Of a stretch of DNA of 64,000 nucleotides, positions 48,949 through 58,717 are shown piece after piece. Each line of letters opens with the position of its first letter. Positions within the stretch are counted from its first letter, which is position 1. The notes under the pieces were generated by a model. That model saw only the letters and a list, made by a program, of their open reading frames with translations. It made no database searches and had not been told where the DNA came from. This stretch comes from a virus. Lineage: Duplodnaviria > Caudoviricetes. The position numbers were made by a program, and so were the translations under genes. The stretch lies in IMG/VR virus record IMGVR_UViG_3300031994_000004. One strand, 5' to 3'.

Positions 48949-49885
48949 CATTATTGCGAAATATGACAATGGTAATCACCGGGTTACTTTGTTCTCAGAT
49001 GGAACAAAGCTAAAGGAAACTATTAACCCTGACGATGACCATTTCACATACGAATTCCCAGAATCGTTTGATTTGAAAATCACAGATTACTGCGATGCTG
49101 GTTGTGCTTATTGCCACGAAAACTCCACGAAGAAAGGCAAACACGCAGATCTTTATGCTATTAGAGATATGTTGGATAGTTGTAAGCCCGGTACTGAAAT
49201 TGCTATCGGTGGTGGTAATGCTATGGAACATCCATCTTTGTGGGTTTTGGTCGGTAAAATGAAAAGTAACGGACTGATTCCTTCTATCACAGTCAACCAA
49301 AAACATTTACAGAAATACTTTCAGTTAATAAAAACCTTGGACTTCGCAGGAATTGGTGTTTCCTTGACAGATCCTTCAAACAAGAAGGATATGCGTTTGA
49401 TTGACGAACTTGGCAGTAACGTCGTAATACACACGATTGCTGGCGTTTTAACTCCCAAGGACTATTCTGTATTGAGAGATAGAAAAGTTCTAATTCTCGG
49501 TTACAAGGATATCAGACGCGGTCACGATAATTTGACTAAACATACTGCCGAAATTCAAGCAAACATTGAACAACTGAAGAAAGATTTGCCTATGATTGCG
49601 AAAAATGCCCGCGCAGTTTCTTTTGACTGCTTGGCACTAAAGCAGTTGAATCCAAAGGAATGTTTGGGAATGACTGACGAAGAATTCGCAAACATTTATC
49701 AGGGCGATGACTACGAAATGTTTGACAAAGACGGAAATTTGACAGTTGGCACAATGTTTATTGACGCTGTTAAAATGGAAATTGCTAGAAGTAGTATTGC
49801 ACCAATGGATAAAAGATACAAATTCACTGGTAGTGAAAAGATAAGTGAATTGTTAGCAAAGAGCTGTGAAGGTTATGAAAAATGA
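48923..49885 (+). CDS. radical SAM protein
   Basis: CDAGCAYC (CxxxCxxC), IAIGGGN, SITVN. Confidence 0.85.
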   Translation: MIWKKTSPSIIAKYDNGNHRVTLFSDGTKLKETINPDDDHFTYEFPESFDLKITDYCDAGCAYCHENSTKKGKHADLYAIRDMLDSCKPGTEIAIGGGNAMEHPSLWVLVGKMKSNGLIPSITVNQKHLQKYFQLIKTLDFAGIGVSLTDPSNKKDMRLIDELGSNVVIHTIAGVLTPKDYSVLRDRKVLILGYKDIRRGHDNLTKHTAEIQANIEQLKKDLPMIAKNARAVSFDCLALKQLNPKECLGMTDEEFANIYQGDDYEMFDKDGNLTVGTMFIDAVKMEIARSSIAPMDKRYKFTGSEKISELLAKSCEGYEK

Positions 49886-50222
49886 TACTATTACAATAAG
49901 GTGTAGTGTTAGAAAAAACCTATTTAAAAGACTTGGTGACTTAGCTGGTTTGACTTATCTTGAAAAGTACAAATTCTACAAATTCTTTGAAATGATAACG
50001 AACGATAAAGTTGACAAGTATAGACAACATAAAAATTTAACTTATTATGAAGCGTGTTGTGAATACTGGTTGTATATAATGTTCGGCTGGACAGAATATG
50101 ACGAAGAAAAATATGCCGAGTTATTGGAAATGCCAATACTGGATTTATATGATAAACTAAGTTTAGCTTATAAGAAATATCTGGAAAAAGAAAAATTAGA
50201 AAGTATTAAAGAGGATTTTTAA
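49875..50222 (+). CDS. DF-tail protein
   Basis: Ends EKLESIKEDF*. Confidence 0.8.
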   Translation: MKNDTITIRCSVRKNLFKRLGDLAGLTYLEKYKFYKFFEMITNDKVDKYRQHKNLTYYEACCEYWLYIMFGWTEYDEEKYAELLEMPILDLYDKLSLAYKKYLEKEKLESIKEDF

Positions 50223-50563
50223 TGATTGAAAATCACTTTGATTATAACATAACTAGAGAGAAAATCACAAAAGCATTTGATGTCAAACCAGGTCATCCTG
50301 CTTATGCTCCAATTTGTGCTTTTTTAGATTATAACGATAAAGAAATTAGAGAACAGTATGCTATGAAACGAAATTTGGAAATGGGGTACTGGAATTTTAT
50401 CTCTAAGTATGTTTATAATAAACTATTAAAGTTTGAATACGATACTACTGATTTTGCTAAATTCAAAGCTATGAGTGAAGAAGAACTTGAGGCCTTTCGT
50501 GATATGCGATTAAAAGAATTTATGGCAGAACGAAGACTTAACAAAATTAAAGAGGATTTCTAA
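50222..50563 (+). CDS. DF-tail protein
   Basis: Ends RRLNKIKEDF*. Confidence 0.8.
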   Translation: MIENHFDYNITREKITKAFDVKPGHPAYAPICAFLDYNDKEIREQYAMKRNLEMGYWNFISKYVYNKLLKFEYDTTDFAKFKAMSEEELEAFRDMRLKEFMAERRLNKIKEDF

Positions 50564-50946
50564 TGGCTGAGAAAAAAGAGTATTTACCTGAACTAATGAA
50601 GTTAATAAAGAAGTATGGTTTGACTTTTGAAGACGAACCTGGTTCAGATTACATACGAATTAACCTTCCTAATTTAATTGTTCCAGATGATAGTTTTGCG
50701 GACTTGGATAGAGATGATGATGAGTTAATTTATTATAAAGAACTCTCATTGTCTTATGACGCAGAAACTAATACCAGTCATATAGAATTTGTTGGTGATG
50801 GTTATAATAGTACTGGTTGTGTGAGTGGATTGAAGAAGTTTGAAACTGTTGTTAAGAAACTAATTAAAGTTGCAGATGTGTATAATTCAATGAACAAGCA
50901 GTTGAAAAGTAAGGTTAAAGAAATTGGAATTGCGGAGGACTTCTAA
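50563..50946 (+). CDS. DF-tail protein
   Basis: Ends KEIGIAEDF*. Confidence 0.8.
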   Translation: MAEKKEYLPELMKLIKKYGLTFEDEPGSDYIRINLPNLIVPDDSFADLDRDDDELIYYKELSLSYDAETNTSHIEFVGDGYNSTGCVSGLKKFETVVKKLIKVADVYNSMNKQLKSKVKEIGIAEDF

Positions 50947-51332
50947 TGGTTTACATTTGGGCATCTAATAGACATAAAACTGTCATCAAACAACTTAATG
51001 GTTCTACATTTAGATTGGATGAACTTGTTCAAATACAAATTGATGCATTTACTCAAAATTTATCCTTCACTTTTGTCACAGACGAGAATGACAAATATAC
51101 ATTTGATTTGGATGTAAAAGTAGACCACGATGAAAGATGCTCTTTGCGTTATTTTGGAATAACAAGTCCACAAAAACATTTCGCTACTGGAATTAACGGT
51201 ATGAAAGGTAAAAATACAATGGAAGACTTGAACGAATTTATAAATTCCGAATTAAATCCAATAAGAGATGTATTTGATAAGAAATTTAAAGAAGAATGTA
51301 AGTTAAATTGTATAAAAAAGGATTTTGAATAA
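50946..51332 (+). CDS. DF-tail protein
   Basis: Ends CKLNCIKKDFE*. Confidence 0.8.
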   Translation: MVYIWASNRHKTVIKQLNGSTFRLDELVQIQIDAFTQNLSFTFVTDENDKYTFDLDVKVDHDERCSLRYFGITSPQKHFATGINGMKGKNTMEDLNEFINSELNPIRDVFDKKFKEECKLNCIKKDFE

Positions 51333-51706
51333 TGGGAATACCTATGCATCGGGTGAAAAATAAACCAGCATTTACTTGTTATCCATATACAGAATTGAAC
51401 TGGGTTTATGATTTTTCGCTCAACAGTATTGAACGAAAAATGTATTTACATTTTATGGATAGATTAAAACCAATTTGTGAAGAACATGTCGGCGAATGGA
51501 CTGATATGTTTAATTGTTGGGACCCGTTCGGATCTGATTTAGAGATTGTTGTTTGGCGAGTACTTATTCTATTGGGATATAAGCATTGGAACCAGTATTA
51601 TTATGCTAAAATGGATGATGATACTTTGTTCGCAATTTTAAACAAACGAATCAAAGAATTTAAATGCCAGAAGAAAGTAGAAAAGATGGAGGCAGATTTT
51701 GCATGA
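51332..51706 (+). CDS. DF-tail protein
   Basis: Ends KKVEKMEADFA*. Confidence 0.8.
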   Translation: MGIPMHRVKNKPAFTCYPYTELNWVYDFSLNSIERKMYLHFMDRLKPICEEHVGEWTDMFNCWDPFGSDLEIVVWRVLILLGYKHWNQYYYAKMDDDTLFAILNKRIKEFKCQKKVEKMEADFA

Positions 51707-52037
51707 ACCTTGGATAAGTTCAAAGGAATTAAGAGATGTTGTGGATAAATTTTATAATACCGTCATATTAGACAGCGAAAGAAATAAAAAATTAGCCAAA
51801 TGTATAGATGAAACTGAAATTAAAGAAATGCAGAACCGATATAAAGCATTATGGTGGAATGAAGCTGTAACACTTGTTATTATGGAGAAGATTTTAGGTG
51901 TAACTCATTTTTCCGAACCAGTATTTAGTCAATTCATAAACTTGACTAATAACAAACTAATTGAGATAATTGACTACGGGATAAAAGAGTATCAAGTTAG
52001 GAACAAATTAAATAAACTTGAATCAGATTTCATCTAA
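51699..52037 (+). CDS. DF-tail protein
   Basis: Ends NKLNKLESDFI*. Confidence 0.8.
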   Translation: MHEPWISSKELRDVVDKFYNTVILDSERNKKLAKCIDETEIKEMQNRYKALWWNEAVTLVIMEKILGVTHFSEPVFSQFINLTNNKLIEIIDYGIKEYQVRNKLNKLESDFI

Positions 52038-52087
52038 ACAAAATTATTATCCAAAACTATTGACAATAAAAATTTAAAATCTATATT
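52036..52087 (+). promoter_or_regulatory. promoter cassette (A-tract variant)
   Basis: AAACAAAATT 52036; TTGACA 52060; TATATT 52082. Confidence 0.7.
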
Positions 52088-52115
52088 TAATTAAAAACTA
52101 AAAGAGGTATTATCT

Positions 52116-52640
52116 ATGAAAATTGAATTGAATTTGACTTCTGCCTTCACTCTCCGTAAGAGAATTAAGGAATTGGGTAGAGTAAACGAACAAGTCCTTG
52201 CATTTAGCAAGTATGTTGTTGAACCAGAACAAGTTGACGAAGAACTTGAGAAGTTTGAAAATAAGAATGTTTATGACACATTTATGTTGTGTTCAAAGTG
52301 TGGTGATGAAGCATACAGACTTCAAAATTTAATTGACGAACACAATAACAAGGGTAAGGTTGTATTGAATCAACTCAATGCGATTAACAAGAAGATTGAA
52401 ATTGCGACCCGTTGTGCCAATGCTCTCAAAGTGAATCGTACACAGAAATCTCGTAACCCTGTAACCGGTAATTGGGAAGTAACTAAGTTACAGAAGATTA
52501 CTGATACCGATTTTGAAACAATTTTGGATGCTTTGACAAAGGAAAAGATTCGTGCTGAAGACGAATTGTCAAAGATTAACTCCAAAGAAACATTCACATT
52601 TGAATTGGATGACGAAATCTATAAGAAGATTTACGGCTAA
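52116..52640 (+). CDS. coiled-coil protein, DIP1984-like
   Basis: LTSAFTLRKRIKEL...LQNLIDEHN...AEDELSKINS helical pattern. Confidence 0.45.
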   Translation: MKIELNLTSAFTLRKRIKELGRVNEQVLAFSKYVVEPEQVDEELEKFENKNVYDTFMLCSKCGDEAYRLQNLIDEHNNKGKVVLNQLNAINKKIEIATRCANALKVNRTQKSRNPVTGNWEVTKLQKITDTDFETILDALTKEKIRAEDELSKINSKETFTFELDDEIYKKIYG

Positions 52641-52645
52641 TTTTT

Positions 52646-52950
52646 AGACCGAGTTACTGAAACGATTTGTTATTGGCTTTTATCTGGGAATTTGCCTTTC
52701 GCAAAAAGTCGTACGATGAAATCGGATAGTGATTTACACATTTCAAACGCTGAGTAACCATCTGTTTGATATGCTGAAGTCTCGGAGACGATGATAACCA
52801 ACTTAAAGCTACAAAATTTTAAGATTGTAAAACTGACAATTCTTAATTTTAGTTTGTTTCAATTATTTCAGTGACACTTATTAAAAAAGAACGAAACAAA
52901 AAGTTCTCTGGTAATTCCAAAACAGTTCTTTTGAAAAAGGTCTTTTTATT
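52646..52950 (+). ncRNA. candidate structured RNA (about 300 nt)
   Basis: Long ORF-free gap; AGACC/GGTCT ends plus T tract; GTTACTGAAA 52653 pairs with TTTCAGTGAC 52866. Confidence 0.4.
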
Positions 52951-52955
52951 TTATT

Positions 52956-53156
52956 ATGAATGAATTAGATAGAAAATCATTAGAATTATTGAATGGTAAT
53001 CCTTTACCAGATTCCATTGTTAGATGGTTGCCTGAATGTTCCATTGAAGAACTTCAGTCAAGACAAAAAGTTATATTAGATAAATTAGCCATATATGCCG
53101 AATGGCTAAATGAAATTGAAGAAACTTTAAAATACAAAAAGGAAAATCATATATGA
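52956..53156 (+). CDS. hypothetical protein
   Basis: 66-aa ORF. Confidence 0.55.
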   Translation: MNELDRKSLELLNGNPLPDSIVRWLPECSIEELQSRQKVILDKLAIYAEWLNEIEETLKYKKENHI

Positions 53157-53611
53157 TAGTAAAAGCAAATGTTCTAAACAAAGATGGTAAGCGTGGTACC
53201 GAATGGTTCCTGGTACGCTTTGACCATACCCCAGTAAAAGATGTAACCAAGCGTCATCGCAGAACCGGTCTCTGCTCAATTTTCTATTTGACAGATGACG
53301 ATTACGATGGTGGCGAAAACTTTGCTTCTCGCATTTGTGGCGAAAAGAATAAGTACTTCGTGACTGATGCCAAGGTAGTTTGTTCGGAAAAGGATAACTA
53401 TGTAAAGGCTTATGCCAGAAATGTTACTATGAAGAAGGCTATCCAGCAGATTATGACAATGCAGTCTAATGGCGAATTGTCCTGGGATTTCACATTTGAT
53501 AATGAAACCTTCAAATCTTTCATTACCACATTGAATAAACAGCATCCGCACGGTAATGCCGCCGCTATGAAGTTGCTCCAAAATAGCAGTTATCGTCATA
53601 ACAAAAAGTAA
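53153..53611 (+). CDS. hypothetical protein
   Basis: CSEKDNYVKAYAR motif; ATGA coupling. Confidence 0.65.
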   Translation: MIVKANVLNKDGKRGTEWFLVRFDHTPVKDVTKRHRRTGLCSIFYLTDDDYDGGENFASRICGEKNKYFVTDAKVVCSEKDNYVKAYARNVTMKKAIQQIMTMQSNGELSWDFTFDNETFKSFITTLNKQHPHGNAAAMKLLQNSSYRHNKK

Positions 53612-53673
53612 ATAAAATTTTACAAAGAAGGAGACAATCGGGTATTGACAAAATGCCCGATTTTTTCTATATT
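53607..53673 (+). promoter_or_regulatory. promoter cassette with box and hairpin
   Basis: Box 53607-24; TTGACA 53645; TATATT 53668; AATCGGGTATT/AATGCCCGATT. Confidence 0.85.
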
Positions 53674-53886
53674 ATAGAAAAACAAAAGAGGTAACAATAT
53701 GAAAATAGAATATGTTGATGATTTTAAAGGACTCCACTGTTCTGTTTGTAAGAAAGATTTGGAAAATGAAAAGCAGATTGTTGTATCTGAACAAATCTTT
53801 GGAAAATACCTCTGTTTGAATTGCCATTATGACAGGTCTAAAATTCATTCTGGGTTTTAAACTGAATAAGTAAAAAGGAGTTTACA

Positions 53887-54144
53887 ATGGAATGGCTGCG
53901 TAACGCAAATACTTTCTCCAAATTCACAGTTTATAGTAGATGGGGTTACTGGTGCATTAAGAGTGTTCGCGGGACTGGAAAATGGTTAAAGACCTATGGT
54001 GGCAGTCCGAACAAATGCCAGTGGACTCGTAACAAAGCAGAAGCTCTCATTTTCGGCTCTGATGACAAGGTGGTTGATTTCATTAAGCAGTTTGAACATT
54101 GTGAAGTTGATACCTGGAAATGGGATGGCAAAAATGTTACTTGA
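53887..54144 (+). CDS. hypothetical protein
   Basis: AAGGAG RBS. Confidence 0.6.
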   Translation: MEWLRNANTFSKFTVYSRWGYWCIKSVRGTGKWLKTYGGSPNKCQWTRNKAEALIFGSDDKVVDFIKQFEHCEVDTWKWDGKNVT

Positions 54145-54397
54145 AATAAAATTTTATTACGATGACGGCACAGTTTCACACGATTTAATAGAATGTGAAA
54201 ATCCTACCAAGTGGGAAGGAAATACAGTTCTAACGAATATGGCGAAAAAAGCAAAGTTTCAAACTAATGCGTTTAAGCATAAAATTGTAAAGATTGAAAA
54301 GAAATGTGTGCTGGCGTGTAAAACAAAGAATTTCAAACAACATAGCTGGTGTTCCGGTGAAGGTTATGTTTGGCCTGCCGAATGGTGGAAAATGTGA
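54134..54397 (+). CDS. hypothetical protein
   Basis: Overlap coupling. Confidence 0.55.
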   Translation: MLLEIKFYYDDGTVSHDLIECENPTKWEGNTVLTNMAKKAKFQTNAFKHKIVKIEKKCVLACKTKNFKQHSWCSGEGYVWPAEWWKM

Positions 54398-54792
54398 AAA
54401 GAAGTACTTTTGAACAATATGTAACAGAATACTGCGAGGATTTGGCACTTAAAGAAAATTCTCATCAATACAAGCGTTGTAAACATGCTTGTGTACTGAC
54501 TTATAATGATGCGATAATTTCCAGTGGTGTAAATTCAAAACTGTTCAACGATTTCACGAAACAGTATAATGATTTGAAGGCATTACACGCAGAACCTGTT
54601 GCAATTATGAGAGCGATGAAACATCACAGCAAGATTATTCATAAATGCGAACTGTGGGTTTGTCGCAACAATGAGATTTCAAAAGAAAGTCGTCCGTGCC
54701 CGATGTGTATGCGAATTATTAAGGGATTTGGAATTAAACGAATTCATTACACAACTGGTGCTGGTGAATGGAAAGAAGAAACTTTAGATTAA
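54382..54792 (+). CDS. Zn-dependent cytidine/dCMP deaminase-like protein
   Basis: LHAE and RPCPMC motifs; start uncertain (54382 or 54394). Confidence 0.8.
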   Translation: MVENVKRSTFEQYVTEYCEDLALKENSHQYKRCKHACVLTYNDAIISSGVNSKLFNDFTKQYNDLKALHAEPVAIMRAMKHHSKIIHKCELWVCRNNEISKESRPCPMCMRIIKGFGIKRIHYTTGAGEWKEETLD

Positions 54793-54803
54793 GGAGATAA
54801 GTT

Positions 54804-55190
54804 ATGGCAGCAATGACACCCGAACTAAAAGCACGATATAAAGAACTCGGAATTCACAATAGTTGCTGGAAAGGCCCGAATGGAAAGACATATACAGTTT
54901 GTCGCGGTGGCGAATTTTATATGCACACGATCTGCGAAACATACGTTCCACGCAGATATGTTATGGGAAAACAACAATGTAAGGCACAAGGACTTGACCC
55001 AGAAGAAATGGTAAAATACATTGAGTATAAGGCACTAAGGTATCACAGTTCTTATGGTGGCGGTGGTTATGAAAAAACAATTTCATACAATACAGTAGAA
55101 GAATTTAACAAACTGTGGGCTATGTTCCAAATGGGATATAAAGACGCTGAAATGCGAAACAAACTAAATAACATCAAGGAAGATTTCTAA
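54804..55190 (+). CDS. DF-tail protein
   Basis: Ends NKLNNIKEDF*. Confidence 0.8.
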   Translation: MAAMTPELKARYKELGIHNSCWKGPNGKTYTVCRGGEFYMHTICETYVPRRYVMGKQQCKAQGLDPEEMVKYIEYKALRYHSSYGGGGYEKTISYNTVEEFNKLWAMFQMGYKDAEMRNKLNNIKEDF

Positions 55191-55720
55191 TGGCTAAACT
55201 GACCGAAAAAGAATTAAAAGAAAAGTGGATTGAAAACGCCTGTGACTATCTGGCGAACAAAACCAGGAATGAACAGACATTCAAGTTCAATTCTGATACA
55301 GAAACGAATGGCTACTGTGGACGTTCATTTCACGAAAAGGTCGGAGAACCTTGGGTTCGTGGTGTTTACAAGTGGTGTGCAGTAAACATTAACAATAACT
55401 TTGTTGTGTTCTATTGTGGTGAGCGAGAAGCACAAACTTATTTGAAAAGTAAGTTCAACAATGACCCACCTGCGGCTTGTATCACTCTTGACGAATGTAA
55501 GTGTTCCGACATTAGCAAAGAAGATAAAGGCTTGCTTGACAAGATTTATGATGAAATGTGTATGCGTATTCACGGTATGAATGAACAAATTAACAGAATG
55601 TATATTCAGTGCGAAAAAGAATTTGAAATTCAGCGTGAAAGTGAAACTATGTTTGAATTTTTGGAATCAACCGAAGAACAGAAGGAAGACCCCGGAGAAA
55701 ATGTTAAATCTGACGAATGA
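55190..55720 (+). CDS. hypothetical protein
   Basis: TAATG coupling. Confidence 0.65.
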   Translation: MAKLTEKELKEKWIENACDYLANKTRNEQTFKFNSDTETNGYCGRSFHEKVGEPWVRGVYKWCAVNINNNFVVFYCGEREAQTYLKSKFNNDPPAACITLDECKCSDISKEDKGLLDKIYDEMCMRIHGMNEQINRMYIQCEKEFEIQRESETMFEFLESTEEQKEDPGENVKSDE

Positions 55721-56291
55721 AAATGTGATTGTTGTGAGTGATACTCACTTTAGACACAAGAAATTGTGTTTTGGTGAACAAGAACACTTTGACAGAACCC
55801 GTAATTACAAGTTTGCATCTGATATGGATGCCGACATTATTGCTCAGTGGAATAAGAACATTGGAGATAATGACATTGTAATCTTTTTGGGCGATTTTTT
55901 GATGAATACTCCTGTAAAACAGACCGAAGAAGTATTCTACCAGTACTACAATGCTTTGAATAAGGGCAAGAAAATGTACTGGATTTGCGGGAATCATGAC
56001 CATCTTTTGAGAAAGAAGATTGGTTGGGATAAGCTTAATATGAGTTATCATTTGGAATTTATGAAGGATAATCGTTTGTATGTAATACAGCACGAAGACT
56101 TTATTGAAAACCAAAGACACATGCCAGTTTGTGAATATGACAGTAATGTTGTGTTCGTTCACGGGCATACTCACGAATCAAATAAACTTTCTCGTTTCCA
56201 ATACAAGGGAATGAACCTTGTACAGAACTGTGTATGCTGGGATGCTTGGTATCGTCCAGTAAATGTAAATGAACTGGAGGGTTGTGTATGA
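55701..56291 (+). CDS. calcineurin-like metallophosphoesterase
   Basis: SDTH, LGD, GNHD, HGHTH. Confidence 0.85.
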   Translation: MLNLTNENVIVVSDTHFRHKKLCFGEQEHFDRTRNYKFASDMDADIIAQWNKNIGDNDIVIFLGDFLMNTPVKQTEEVFYQYYNALNKGKKMYWICGNHDHLLRKKIGWDKLNMSYHLEFMKDNRLYVIQHEDFIENQRHMPVCEYDSNVVFVHGHTHESNKLSRFQYKGMNLVQNCVCWDAWYRPVNVNELEGCV

Positions 56292-56548
56292 TAAATACTG
56301 GTTGGATTCCTGGTTATCTTCAGCGTTGTGGTGAAATGCTTCGTGAGCATTACAAGAATAAACGCAACAAACAGACTTTATCCGAAACGGAGTATTTCAA
56401 TAGAGTAATGAAGTATGTTGATATGCATCCGAAGAGGGACGAAATTCTGTCTGATTTGAAGGTAGATGCTCATATTCTTGCTGAATGTTATGATGAAGGT
56501 CATCCACCTGAATACTGCTATGCTCAGTTGCTAAAATTGTATTTTTAA
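56288..56548 (+). CDS. hypothetical protein
   Basis: GGAGG RBS. Confidence 0.6.
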   Translation: MINTGWIPGYLQRCGEMLREHYKNKRNKQTLSETEYFNRVMKYVDMHPKRDEILSDLKVDAHILAECYDEGHPPEYCYAQLLKLYF

Positions 56549-56560
56549 AGGAGAATTAAA

Positions 56561-56947
56561 ATGAGAAAAATTATTTTATGTGTATTGTTGTTTGCGAGTT
56601 TTATCTTCGCACAAAATTGCCACCCAATATCTGATGAATTAAAATCTGATATAAAAGATGATATGTGGGAAAGTAAGCATGTAATAATGCTAGTTCAAAA
56701 TGGTGTAGAATGTGATAATGGTATATTTTATAATGTATATTATCCAACAGAAACAATTAGTTCAGCATGTTTTTATGAAAACTGGAAATTAAATGAAAAA
56801 ACTGCTATATTTAATTACAATGGAAAGCATGGCATTACATTTTTAAAATTTGATGAATTTGGAATGAAAATTTCTGATACAGAAATAGTAACAACTTCTA
56901 GAACTTGTGAAAATTTGTATAAGCAGTTTAAGAAAGAAATGAAGTAA
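56561..56947 (+). CDS. secreted protein
   Basis: Signal peptide MRKIILCVLLFASFIFA. Confidence 0.65.
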   Translation: MRKIILCVLLFASFIFAQNCHPISDELKSDIKDDMWESKHVIMLVQNGVECDNGIFYNVYYPTETISSACFYENWKLNEKTAIFNYNGKHGITFLKFDEFGMKISDTEIVTTSRTCENLYKQFKKEMK

Positions 56948-56961
56948 GTCATAAATACAAT

Positions 56962-57609
56962 ATGGCAATAGACCCACAATTATATCTTGATATAGCAGCT
57001 AACAATGTGGACCCGATGGTGTTTGAGTTTGATGACTTAGGCGACGGTCCAGGTCCAATGTTCGGTGGTATGGGTGTAAAGATTACTGGAACTTATGGCG
57101 GTGCACCAGTTGATGTATGCCGTGGTCCTTGTATAAGATACACTCCAATGAAAACTGCTGAAGAAATTGAAGCCGAACAACAAGCAGAATACGAAGCAGA
57201 ACAAGCTAGAATTAAATTAGAATACGAAACTTGGACTAATAAATTCAAAGCAAATCATTATACAACAGAACTTTCTTTTATCTTTGGTAATTTGAACAAG
57301 CAACAGTTGAAATGGATAAAGCACATTCTTGATACTGACGAAGATGCTACTTACATTTATGCTGGAAACAAAGATAGAAGCGAATTTTTAAGTATAAACG
57401 ATGTCTGCGCCCATGTCACAAAATCCAAGATCAAAAATGGAAAACTTGTTTGTGAGATTGAATTTGATTACACAGATCCGGGTTTAAAACTTTTTCGTAA
57501 TTGGCAGAATGGATTTGCCCCAAAGTTGAATTTAAATACTATATTTGTGTATGATGAAAAGGACCCAAATTTACAGAACTTAAAATTTCTTTGCTTGGAG
57601 TTTGTATGA
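56962..57609 (+). CDS. hypothetical protein; C-terminus resembles a degenerate prohead-protease domain
   Basis: SINDVCAHVTKSKIKNGKLVCEIEFDYTDPGLKL. Confidence 0.4.
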   Translation: MAIDPQLYLDIAANNVDPMVFEFDDLGDGPGPMFGGMGVKITGTYGGAPVDVCRGPCIRYTPMKTAEEIEAEQQAEYEAEQARIKLEYETWTNKFKANHYTTELSFIFGNLNKQQLKWIKHILDTDEDATYIYAGNKDRSEFLSINDVCAHVTKSKIKNGKLVCEIEFDYTDPGLKLFRNWQNGFAPKLNLNTIFVYDEKDPNLQNLKFLCLEFV

Positions 57610-58040
57610 TAATCAAACGGAACGATTTTACAACTTATTTAGAAAATCATATTACGAAAGAACAAAATCAGGTATTACAAAGTGTACCTGGTTTTCGTGT
57701 AAAGTATATAAATGTGCTTTCTATTTTAACTGAAATGATGGAACGTAATTATCACTGGACAAATAATAAAGCTTGGGAAAGCGATTTTTACGATTTTATT
57801 CCTGAGACATTCAAAGAGTATTATAAAGAAACACTGCCTGGGAATTTTAGAGTTAATTTCTGTGTTCAGTTTAATCATTTACCAGCTGAATGGTTGTATA
57901 ATTATACCAGTATTCTAAATGAAAGTTTATTTGACTTTATAAAATCAAGCAACTATGCAGATTTCTATAATATAGAATATCTGGTTAAAACGATTGAAAA
58001 CATTTTAAAAATTGCTAAATTTAAGATAGATGACTTCTAA
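57606..58040 (+). CDS. DF-tail protein
   Basis: Ends AKFKIDDF*. Confidence 0.7.
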   Translation: MIIKRNDFTTYLENHITKEQNQVLQSVPGFRVKYINVLSILTEMMERNYHWTNNKAWESDFYDFIPETFKEYYKETLPGNFRVNFCVQFNHLPAEWLYNYTSILNESLFDFIKSSNYADFYNIEYLVKTIENILKIAKFKIDDF

Positions 58041-58422
58041 TAGTGAACTTATATTTCAACGATTGCTTGAACTCCAAAAAGTATCTTATGAATTTAATCT
58101 AGTAACGAGATACAACAAATCCGGATATTTTCAAGCATTTTATACATTACACCCAAATGATTTAAAATCATATTTAAATCAAGATTTGGGTATTGGTGGA
58201 TTTGTTATAAAACAGTTTTTCTTTTTGGGTATCAGAATAAACAAAGATTTTAGATTTAGAATAAAAACAAAACTTGTATATAGTGATTTTCCATTAAGTA
58301 AAGTTCAAAAAATTGACGATATAGAAGATTTGAGAACGTATATCAAAGAATATATAGCTTATACGAAACGAAATTTAATGAATGTTAAACTAGAGAAAAT
58401 TCAGTGGGATTTCAATGACTGA
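58030..58422 (+). CDS. DF-tail protein
   Basis: Ends VKLEKIQWDFND*. Confidence 0.75.
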   Translation: MTSNSELIFQRLLELQKVSYEFNLVTRYNKSGYFQAFYTLHPNDLKSYLNQDLGIGGFVIKQFFFLGIRINKDFRFRIKTKLVYSDFPLSKVQKIDDIEDLRTYIKEYIAYTKRNLMNVKLEKIQWDFND

Positions 58423-58717
58423 AGATGAAGTAAAAGCATTTTTCACCAAATATAATCTTAAAATACTTGGAGTAGATAAAGAAAACATTTGGCCTTGTGT
58501 GATTGGAAAAAACGATATTAAATTGGGTTTTGTAAACAAAAAGAGGACAATTTATAGACAAGTATTTTATATTTCACTTGTAGATAGGTTTGACTGTGCT
58601 ATAATGTTTGATGATTATAAAAAATGTTGTAACTTCTACGAAACCGAAACTGATAAACATTTTAAAGAATTAAGAGAATTCCGAAAAATTAAACTATTAC
58701 AGGAAGATTTTGAATGA
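58415..58717 (+). CDS. DF-tail protein
   Basis: Ends RKIKLLQEDFE*. Confidence 0.8.
   Translation: MTEDEVKAFFTKYNLKILGVDKENIWPCVIGKNDIKLGFVNKKRTIYRQVFYISLVDRFDCAIMFDDYKKCCNFYETETDKHFKELREFRKIKLLQEDFE

Noticed and set aside
52646-52950. tRNA, tmRNA or self-splicing intron in the long gap
   Set aside because: No cloverleaf or T-loop GTTCRA motif in a suitable context, no tag ORF, and the flanking genes look complete.
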